Notes under the pieces: model-generated
The model's input: the letters and a program-made list of their open reading frames with translations, nothing else
What the model was told of the DNA's origin: nothing
The model's database searches: none
DNA from: Perkinsela sp. CCAP 1560/9
Taxonomy: Eukaryota; Protista; Euglenozoa: Kinetoplastea
Length of the DNA stretch: 64,000 nt
Direction: 5' to 3'
Assembly (NCBI GenBank): GCA_965644495.1
Contig: CBFFSA010000003.1
Location: forward strand, 806,001-870,000
Made by a program: the position numbers and the translations under genes
Shown here: one piece after another, positions 33,952-43,330 of the stretch
Layout: each line of letters opens with the position of its first letter
Numbering within the stretch: the stretch's first letter is position 1

Positions 33952-34405
33952 TATTTAAATTCGCTTCAATATTTATATTGCAAGCTAATATTTAACTTTT
34001 TTTTAAATATTAACCTGTTTGCACATTAATATATAAACCGTTTTCTCTTGCAGCTTAATATTTAAATAGGAATTTTTTTATTAACCCGCACCCCGGGTTA
34101 TGACATGAGAAGACATGGGGAAGACAAATTCACCCCACACTTCAACTTTGATGTGCTATGTTGTTCCTCTTTTAAATATCTTCTCTCTTTTTAAAGTTCA
34201 GTCTTAACTTAATTGTTTCGTTTTTTTACACCTCCTTTACAATAATCGAGGATAGAGCGGCAGTTATTCACGGTGTGCAACCACCGCAATATTTAAAATG
34301 TTTTCAAACCAATCAGGCAACATAAGAAAGTGGAATAAAGCACAAGGAGAAATATGCGTAATTTATATCTTACACGATCATCTTTTCCCTGTCTTTCTAT
34401 CAATA

Positions 34406-34945
34406 ATGTTTTCTCGTGTGCTTCCAAGCCTCGCCGAGAACATAGTAAAGCTTCGTCGTAGAGTTACCAAGAAGCCGTGGGCTGGGAACTCAGCACCGAC
34501 ATGTGCGTTGCGCGTATTTATCTCAAAGATTTTCAAAGGTGGAACGCGTGGCCCAAAAAATATTACCGGAGCACATGACGCTTTTAAAGCTTTGCCTCCT
34601 GCTCAAGTTGAATCCCTCAGCAAGATTGCCGCCGAGAATATGAAACAGAAGAAGGCGCTCGTATCACAAGTCAAAAGCGCACGCTTCTCTCCTTATACTT
34701 TGTTCGTGCAGCGTACCATACCAGCGATATTAGAGGCAGAGAAGGAAAATCACAAGGACCGTATGGCTTGTTTCCGCGCGGCGGTAAAGCAAGTATCTTT
34801 CGAATATCAGAAGCTCTCAGCCGCTCAACGCAATGCACTTTCAAACGAGGCAGCACAGATGCGTAAAAAGGGTAAGGCACTCATTCAAAGGCTGGTAGAG
34901 AAGAAGAAGTTGGCGTTATATATTCGGAGGCGAAATAGTTTTTAA
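34406..34945 (+). CDS. Kinetoplast-associated protein (KAP3/KAP4-like, degenerate HMG boxes)
   Basis: Short presequence-like MFSRVLPSL; very basic; FKALPPAQ, SPYTLFVQ and YQKLSAAQR segments. Confidence 0.7.
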   Translation: MFSRVLPSLAENIVKLRRRVTKKPWAGNSAPTCALRVFISKIFKGGTRGPKNITGAHDAFKALPPAQVESLSKIAAENMKQKKALVSQVKSARFSPYTLFVQRTIPAILEAEKENHKDRMACFRAAVKQVSFEYQKLSAAQRNALSNEAAQMRKKGKALIQRLVEKKKLALYIRRRNSF

Positions 34946-35563
34946 CCTAGTCGATCCTTCTTTTCAACCTTCTTCTTTTCAACCTACAGTAGTTGATAAA
35001 ATGGAAAACGTATGCAAACTAGTACAATGCATATCATTGTAAAGAAAAAAAGTTAGTTGTTATGCAATAAAACAAAATATTAGTTATACGAAGAGAACAC
35101 ATAACATCATACGAAAAAAATGTGTTTATGATGATCTATGCTCATAATTATGCTCCACAAATAGAAGCTATGGAAAAGATAAGTTTAGACTCAATAATAA
35201 TTAAAATAGAAAGTGCAAAGTACATCTCTAAGAGTGATTCAATCATAGCAAGAGGTTCGTTGATCGAATTTGGTGAAATTAAAGCAAAATTCGCATACCC
35301 CCCCTACTTATGCGCAACCGTTTGACCCGGCCACGTAAGCGCAATTTTAACTCATCGTTCAGAACAGCGCCGCAAAGCGGCGCGGTATTTTTTGGCACGA
35401 ATTTTTGTACAGATTTTCGCCGCTGTTGAAATGGAAAGTCTACAGGTAGTCCCTTTGGGGAGCTCGAGAATTATCTTCATCGATCTCTAGAGACAAAATA
35501 GATACAAAGGGTACTACCCCATCGACAGAGAGCCCCCAATGCGATTTGCAATTCTTTAAAGTA

Positions 35564-35879
35564 CTAGCCCCCCTATTTAATAGGACTCCGATTTTGGTCA
35601 AAAGGCCCTATTAAAGGGGGGGGGGACATGGAAAATAATGCGAAAGAATAAAATAGGCGCCGCTTCGCGGAGCCTTTTTTTATCGTTGTGATACAAGGTC
35701 CTATTCCCTTTTGATGCACTTTTGATTGTTAAGGTAGATTGTATGGAAAAAAATCCACCGCTTCGCGGCGCATTGGACAATTTTTTGCCACCTTCCCTAA
35801 AATTCTCTTTTGATCTTCCAGACAAAATGGCCCTATTAAGAGGGGGGGTCACACGTAGCCCTATTAAATGGGGGGATAG
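35564..35879. mobile_element. MITE, TA TSD, TIR CTA.CCCCCC.ATTTAATAGG
   Basis: Inverted ends with internal CCCTATTAA repeats. Confidence 0.8.
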
Positions 35880-35894
35880 TACTAGAAAATATAC

Positions 35895-36274
35895 TACTGT
35901 ACCCCCCCTGTTTATAATAGCCTCGCTTTTTCCCAAATGAACCTATAAAGGGGGGAGGGCGATGGAAGATTAAAGGTTGGCACAGAAATCGCCCTGCAAT
36001 TGGGAGCGAGGAACCAGGAATTATTCAATCTCTAAGTGGGATCCGGAGCTCTGCCAATGCAAAATGTCCAGCACGACCCCGCGCCATACCTCGAAGAACC
36101 ATTTGAAAATATCAAAATATTTAACAGGTGCAAGAAAATTGAAAAAATCTTCCTCGATTTTCCAAAAAAAGAACCTATAAAGGGGGGAGGGGTCGAGGCT
36201 GTTATAAGCAGGGGGGTACAGTATATAAAACATACAGGGGGGTGCACAAAAATATGAGCGGGGGTCAAAATTCT
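35895..36274. repeat. Right arm of the inverted duplication (MITE 35897-36221)
   Basis: Reverse complement of 33222-33599. Confidence 0.95.
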
Positions 36275-36560
36275 TATAATTCGGCCAATTTTGCAAAATA
36301 ATAGCGCATTCGAGATCTCTCACAGAGTTACGTGTCATGTGATATTACGTTTTACGTAGTTTCCAGGTATATGCATTCTCCTGAATACAGTGAAAAGGGC
36401 AACTGCAAGTTTTTTTTCTGGTAAAAAAAAGTTAGTATCCACAATTTCCACCTTTTTTCTCCAACACAATTTTCACAAGCGTTGGAACACTCTTTAAAGT
36501 CCTCAAAAATACATCGTATTGCGCCCTTTTTAATTTTTCGACCCCAGAAGCGATCGGTCG
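36235..36560 (-). mobile_element. Relic of a further Tc1-like family (TIR plus transposase C-terminus); second TIR copy at ~37396-37550
   Basis: TA|CAGGGGGGTGCAC... shares the core CAATTTTG.AAA.TAATAGCGCATT.GA.A.CTCTCA with the 27357 and 28343 TIRs. The minus strand encodes EKKGGNCGY* at ~36432-36461. Confidence 0.8.
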
Positions 36561-38901
36561 TCTCAAATCTTCACGATTCGTTGGACAAAGCGAGTTTTTA
36601 TGCTCGTCCATATCGGAATCGAGATTTGTTTAACCAAGAGTATCCTGTGAGATGCTTTAAGTTGCCCACGAGGCGAATAACAAAATCTACTCCGTTTCTG
36701 CACCTTTTTATTATTCGAATATGACCTTTTCTGGGACATAGTACTGTATTAGGATGAAAAACGTCGATAAATTCACAAAAAAGAGGTATTTTTTTCAAAA
36801 AACTGCAGAATTTTGCACGTTGAAAAATCATGATTTTTTTAATTTTTTAAACAATTTAAAAATACGGTAAACTATCAAGACTACGAGGGTGTCTTCCAGA
36901 AAGAGTTTACTTATCAGAGCCAGAACTGTGCTCTAGGACTACGACGCGTAATATGGGAATGCACATTTTTCTTGAAAATGAAAAGTTTGGAGCTAGCTTT
37001 GAAAAAAACGCATAGTAGAAATCGCCTTTAAGTTCAATGGGATTGGGTCGGTTCGCCTCCGTTCGTCCAGATGACCTTCCTTAGAGAGTTTTTGACCTTC
37101 TTTAGGGGGATTTCTTAACATTTAGTTCTTTTTAAGTCGATTAAATACTTTGGTGAGAATAGCTCACCTGAATAGGGTAAATAGGTGTCTCGATTCAAAT
37201 GCGGGAGTCAAAGGCCTTTCTTTTGATGATTTTATCGAATTCTTCAGGGTTCGCGGAAACTTTAAAATTTTAAATAAAGTACTTTATAGTAACTTTATTT
37301 TTTTAAAAAAAACTTTATTTTACTTATTTTTCCTTTTTTGAGGGGACTGAAGGGTCTTTAACACATTTACATTTTGAACGTACACACCCTATGCATAGGG
37401 GGTGCACGAAAATATAGGGGGAGGGTCAAAATTCTTATAACTAGGCCAATTTTGGAAAATAATAGCGCATTCGAGAGCTCTCAAAGAGTTACGTGTCATG
37501 TGATATTACGTTGTACGGGGGTGCACGTAGTTTCCAGGTGTATGCATATTGATGGAGACACGGTGAGTATCTTCTTAACTCGCTTGCTAAGGTTAATTCG
37601 GCGAGCGTAAAATGGGCATAAAATGGGTGTGAAAACGAGTTTTTCAAATTTTTAAAAGAACAGGTCTTTTTCTTTACAGCATCTCAGTATTGGATCGAAA
37701 AAAAGAATTCAGTTTTTTCTCGTTTATTGATTTTTAAATGACACTCTATATCGTCGATGGATCCTGACTTACTCTGTGTGATATCTTGTTTTTTGCACTC
37801 ATCTAATTGAGTTACTTAGAACAAGTTCTTACATCTTACCACCCCCTTCCCACCAATCTTTGTCAGATCTTAGGACACTTCGCATCGTTACCTTTGTGTC
37901 CTAAGTTGTCCCTGCATCTGAAGCCATAGGTCCGAGCGCGACATTCTTTCGCAACGTGACCAAACCGTTGACAGTCGCAAATACTTATGTGGCTGACGAT
38001 CTACACTGTACGAACTACATGTACTGGAGCTTCATATCTTTCTGCTCCGAGAAGATTTACATCCCGACTTCTTGAGTTTACAGACCTTTGCCCTTTCCGC
38101 CGTTGAGCGCAGGCCATAGGCCGAGGATACTATCTTCGCCTTTTTTGTTACCGTTACCCCCCCCTTACTTATCCAGGTACGCTACTTGTCACAAAATCCT
38201 ACCACTTGAGGGGCTGCGGGTCGTGGCACACGAGACCGCGCGAGACAGCGGTTTGCTTTTGGCTTGGAGAGGCAAGGAAATGCTAGTTTTTGGATGGAGA
38301 GTAGAGCACAATTTGAATAAAAAAGAATTTTCACTTCGTATATACGATGTGTATGGAGTGTTCATATTGTAGACCTTGTTGTAGATAGAAGTAAGACTAT
38401 TTTTGAACATCTTTAGTTTGTTATTTCGCTTTCCGTATCTTTTTGTCTTGTCAATGACTGGAATTGAGAGTAATGCTGAACTAAAAGCTCGAATTGCGAA
38501 CCCCTCGGAGGTTGAAAGTGAAAAGGCGATTTATGAGGTTGTTTTAGCTCCAACCAAGAGGGTTTTCACGAAATGTGTTAACGTATTTACCCCTCCGAAG
38601 CTGATTATCACAAAAGAAGAGCTAGGAGCAAACGTCGAAGAAATTATGTAGATACATTACGTTTACAAAGGGGAAAAACAAGACGAACACAAGGAGATCA
38701 CGGAAAAAAACTCACGTAAACGTTTCGAAAAATTTATAGCCTTCAATATCAAAATTGTTAACGGACGAAAGTGTTTCAAACGAAATGAAAATACAACGTA
38801 TAGCACACAACGTTCACGGATATAAGCACTTTTCACTTTCTTGCTCTTCATCTGAATCGCCACTTTCCAGCAGATCAAAATCGCCTTCGGATAACTCGCA
38901 T

Positions 38902-39459
38902 TCAATATTCGGACTCTGCGTCATTCGCTTCATCTTGTCCAGGTTTCCTCGCAAAAAAAATTCGATGAGCAATAACGCGGGGAGGAAGTCTTGATTGGCG
39001 AGGGTTATACATGTATGCCAAGATGGAGAGCCATGAACCACATTTCGTTACAAGGGGCGGGGTCCAAACGTAGTGACTGGCGGCGAAAGCAACAGATGGA
39101 AAGAGTCTATCGCCAGCAGTGCACCAGTAATCGTACTCGTTGTGGTGTATGGGTGGATTCCATTCAAAGTCAGTGCCGGTGACGTATGTTGGCCACTCTA
39201 TATCGGTAATTGAAAATATTTTGTTTTGATCACTGAGAGATCCCAAACCTCGATCGAAAAGGTTGTTCGCCCTCTCGGCGCTAATACACTTCATATTGTA
39301 AGGACGACCAAATTCGGAAATAAAAATGGGGTCGAACCAAACGATATCTTTCCAGAATTCCATGTTGTGATTCTTGGAGAGCCGAGCCATGTGATGTTTG
39401 AGCGATTCTTTAAGTCCCTCAGGTCCTATTCCTTCTGAGTCCTCAAACAACTGTTCCAA
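38902..39459 (-). pseudogene. hAT transposase C-terminal fragment
   Basis: YW....DRLFPSVAFAASHYVWTPPLVT.C...LS......PRQSRLPP, similar to 4398-4598. Confidence 0.6.
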
Positions 39460-39681
39460 AGTTTCAGTAACATGCGTTGCCGTCGGTTTCCCATTTAAGT
39501 CAGAAAATTTGTTTAGTGCTACATACAGAATCTTACAGTCTTTAAGGAATGATGAGCAGGAATCACGGATACCTGAATGAGTATTCTCAATGGAAGAGTC
39601 AAAAAACTCACACGCCCTGTGTGAGCTATGGAGAATGCGAAAGCTCTGGAGCCTGGGGGGGAAACCAATGCCTAGACTGTA

Positions 39682-39896
39682 TTCCCGCGGGTATCCATAA
39701 AACGGCTTTTACAGTATAACCCAAGGGCATAAAACGTCGCTGTAGTAGTTGCTTCGTGAAAAAGCGGTGGTTTCACGCTTTTGGTGCACTGGATATGATA
39801 ATCCAGGAGTCCCGTTTACCAACAAACACCGCTTTTTCTACAGCGACGTTTTATGCCCTTGGGATATAAAAGACGTTTTAGGAATACCCGCGGGAA
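39682..39896. mobile_element. MITE (TA|TTCCCGCGGGTAT...ATACCCGCGGGAA|TA) enclosing a solo IS30-like end at 39781-39807
   Basis: Arms include CCCAAGGGCATAAAACGTCGCTGTAG and its complement. Confidence 0.8.
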
Positions 39897-39971
39897 TATA
39901 ACGTGAGTGTTTCGAGCTCTTGATTCGTTGTCTTTTGGGGTGGAAGGAGTACGAAGGCCTAATTCTAGATG

Positions 39972-40627
39972 CCTGGATTATCAGATCCCGTGCACCAACA
40001 TTTTCGAATATCCAGTGCACCAAAAACGTGAAAAATGAGGCCTTTTCAGTGTCAGATATTTTCATGATTTGAAGCCCAGCTTTTCATTTACTCTTTCGTG
40101 CTTCGAAAATTTCGTTCCATTGTGATAGTGAAAACTTTATACTTCTTAGTCCCTTGATAATTTGGTTCGCCACTTCTTCGGCATGTTTGGATTGTGCAAC
40201 ACGCAGAACGAGGAATCGGCTCTTCCGTTCATACAAGTTTTCTTTATGTGGCGCTCCACGGGTCCAGAGATCATCTGAGGGCGCACAGTCTTGTTTTCCA
40301 AGCGTCGTTTGGAGTCTATGAGCGCCACTGGCCTCGTACCGCCGATCCCGTTTTTTATTGCAGGCCAGCTCATGGCTAACCGTGCTATGGGATTTCCCGA
40401 TAGCCGTGCCGATCTCACATCTCGTGGCTCCCGCCTCGAACATTTATTGGATAATACGCCCATCTCCTTCATCGACATGTCTACATTTTGTCATGGAGTA
40501 AAAAATCGAGTACAAAAAATAGGAGTCAAATTCCAAAATTTGACTTTTGGTGCATTGTATATGAAAATCCCAAACCTTTTGGTGTCCTGGGTATGATAAT
40601 TTGGTGCTTTGGATATGATAATACACC
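39972..40627 (-). mobile_element. IS30-like element, internally deleted copy B
   Basis: Same TIR motif as 49717-50870; peptides EIGTAIGKSHSTVSHEL and ERKSRFLVLRV..SKHAEEVANQIIKGL. Confidence 0.88.
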
Positions 40628-40767
40628 ACTTCGCAAATTGTTTCTCACTAACGAATCGTTGAACAACACAGCGTATGGTTCAGGCCCGCTCACGCGGGCC
40701 CTCACCATACCCCCGCCCCTTCGGCTTCGCAAATAGCTTCCCACTAACGTCGCGTAAGGCTGAAAAT

Positions 40768-40839
40768 GTAACCGCCGGGAGTCGAACCTGCGACCACCAG
40801 ATCATGAACGGCTGGTATTACCAACTGGACCACCTGAGC
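40768..40839 (-). pseudogene. tRNA-derived sequence (Met-CAT layout), pseudogene or SINE-like head
   Basis: A box TGGTCCAGTTGG, B box GGTTCGACTCC and CAT at the anticodon position with tRNA spacing; acceptor and anticodon stems do not pair. Confidence 0.6.
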
Positions 40840-41580
40840 TCCAGTCCCGAGACCTACGTTTTTTTTGGAGTGATTTGTGCCCAAAGTCACATCAGAATGT
40901 TCTACAAACTGGGAGATACCGTTCCAGTTTTGTGGTGGTTTTCCAAGGGTGCCTTTAGTATCTCCCTCGTCCACTTTAGCCTGGGTTAAACGGGGGCCCG
41001 GGATAACGTACCTGTAACACGATAACACGGGGGATGTTATCGTGAACAGGGGTGGATAACATACCCCCCCTCTGGATTTTCGAGTTTAGGGGTCAATTTT
41101 TTTTAATTAAGATTTTTTTACGTGTGTAGTACTGATCATTATTTTATCAACATGAGCACTCAAGAACTGAGTGCCATAAAAGTTAACATACCTGTAACAA
41201 GAGAACGTACCGGTGGGTCTGTTATCCTGTAACAACGTTTTAAATGTATCTTCACCGTTCTTTTATTTCTTTGCCAGGACTCGAGGATAAACTCAACTGG
41301 CCAAAAATATTAAAAATCTGTTGGGCGATGAAAACTAATGTATGCAAGCAAATAATCCTTTTAGAGATAGAGATACTGTTTCTGTAACGCTTTCGACCAT
41401 CTTGAAGGTTAACTTTTGAAGAGCCGCGTTAAGTGGATCGCTGTGTTCGCTATTTTGTTCACTGAACCAGCGAACACACCAGCGAACCAAAAGGTATATC
41501 TTTCCTTCCCTCCTTCCTCTTTTTCTCATTCTTCATAGATTTTCCTATTCTCACTCACCCTCAAATTCTCCCCCACCCCC

Positions 41581-42114
41581 ATGTCTCCCTTCCCCTTCTC
41601 CCTCCTTCCCCTTCTCCTTCTGCTCCTCTCCCCCTACCCCCACCACAACCTCCTCCACGCCACCCACCCCCCTAATCCCCCTAACCCTAATCCCCATAGC
41701 CCCCATCTCCCCCTCGGCGAGACCCACGCCTCCGGGCAAACCGACTACCTCTTCTCCCCCGAGGAGCGCTGGGCGGCCCGCGAGGCCGCCTGCCGCAAGC
41801 TCTGCGGCGCCGGGGGCTGTGTCAACCACACCGTCACCGGGCTGGACCGCAACCGGTGCATGTGTACCGGTTGCGGCAAGTTCCACAACGAGGACGCGCG
41901 GTACTGCGCGGTCGCGCGCAACGCCCCCTGCGAGGAGGGGGCGAACCCGGAGATGCCCGCGGAGCTGGCACTGCCCCGGGAGGAGCGGTTCAGCCACGCG
42001 GGGTGTGAGCTCCGGATTACGGGGATTGCCCAGGCGGCGGTGCGGCCGCTGTGTATTACCTCACGGTACGTGTTCTTTCAAAGAGACACGGAGTGTGGGG
42101 TGTGTGAGGGGTGA
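41581..42114 (+). CDS. Secreted-type cysteine-rich protein, paralog 1
   Basis: Hydrophobic N-terminus; ERW.AR...CR..CGA.GCVN.TVTGLDR.RC.C..CG core shared with 42491-42946. Confidence 0.85.
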   Translation: MSPFPFSLLPLLLLLLSPYPHHNLLHATHPPNPPNPNPHSPHLPLGETHASGQTDYLFSPEERWAAREAACRKLCGAGGCVNHTVTGLDRNRCMCTGCGKFHNEDARYCAVARNAPCEEGANPEMPAELALPREERFSHAGCELRITGIAQAAVRPLCITSRYVFFQRDTECGVCEG

Positions 42115-42490
42115 GAGGGAGGGGGGTACGGGTAAGCTCTTCTTTTTAGGGGGGAAGCGGAGAAGTGATATGGACTGGGGAAGGGTGGAGGTGTGTTTTG
42201 AAAGGAAAGCGGAGAACTTAGGTAGGGTGAGTGGTCGTCGTTTATTTTTAGTACTATCATGTTTTATCGTATAGGATAGCGTACTATTTCAGAAAGGGGT
42301 AGTAGTCTGGAAAAGAGTAGCTTGGAGGGTTGTAACTAGGTTTTCTAAGTGCTAGTAATTGAAGACAACAATTTTCTTTTTTTGCTAATTGCTACCTACC
42401 TACAACTGCTTACTAAAATATAGTACGTACGGTGAAAAATAGGCGAATTAAACACAATTAAAAAATAGGATTACACTCGCACTCTTTATC

Positions 42491-42946
42491 ATGTTCTCAA
42501 TTCACAAGCTCTCTACGTCGCAGTTTCTTACTGTCGCCATTTGCTACCTTGCAGATCTTGCGTTACTACAAGCTCAGGTCACGGACGGCGATATTCACTT
42601 CCCCCCGGTAGAGAGATGGAAGGCTCGAAATACCGTGTGTCGGCACATGTGTGGGGCCGCTGGTTGTGTGAACTGGACTGTCACGGGTCTCGACAGAGAT
42701 CGATGCCTGTGTCACGCCTGCGGTCCGTTCTACAACCACAGCGCAAAGTACTGTGTAGAAAATACCGCTACCCCATGTACAGGTGCCTCTCCGAACGTGA
42801 CAGAGGAAATGGAAAAGCCCGAAGCGCTACGCTTTACGCACTCGGGATGTGAGCTTCGGGTTTCGGGAACGACGAACATTCACGTGTATCCCACTTGCTA
42901 CGCTGAGAACCGTACGGTAGAATGTAACGTGATGGCAGTTTACTAG
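42491..42946 (+). CDS. Secreted-type cysteine-rich protein, paralog 2
   Basis: Signal-peptide-like N-terminus and the same Cys pattern as paralog 1. Confidence 0.85.
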   Translation: MFSIHKLSTSQFLTVAICYLADLALLQAQVTDGDIHFPPVERWKARNTVCRHMCGAAGCVNWTVTGLDRDRCLCHACGPFYNHSAKYCVENTATPCTGASPNVTEEMEKPEALRFTHSGCELRVSGTTNIHVYPTCYAENRTVECNVMAVY

Positions 42947-43330
42947 GGAATGGATTTAGGTGATATTTTTTCTATTAAGAAACTATAAAGCGTAGTTAGG
43001 GAGGTCGTGTATATTAAGAGTATGTAGGACTCAATCAGTATGTGGGGTTCACACACATTCGTTAGCATTCATTTCGCCACACCTTTGTAGTGATGTTGTT
43101 ATGTTCCATAAAAGAAAATTTTCACTGTGATCTTACAAAAAAAATACTGAAATGTAGGCTCAATTATTTTTTTGGGTTCACAGTTTTTAGGAATGTGTGG
43201 GTTCATTGTTTTGCTTAATGGGCCATAAGGAAGAACTCTTGACGTATTCACCCTCTTAGACTGTAGTGCTTTTTTTCAATCATTTTTCACCAACCGGGAA
43301 TGTAGGAAAGGGCATTACGCGGGATCAGAA

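Noticed and set aside
40768-40839. Functional tRNA-Met
   Set aside because: Acceptor, anticodon and T stems largely fail to pair.
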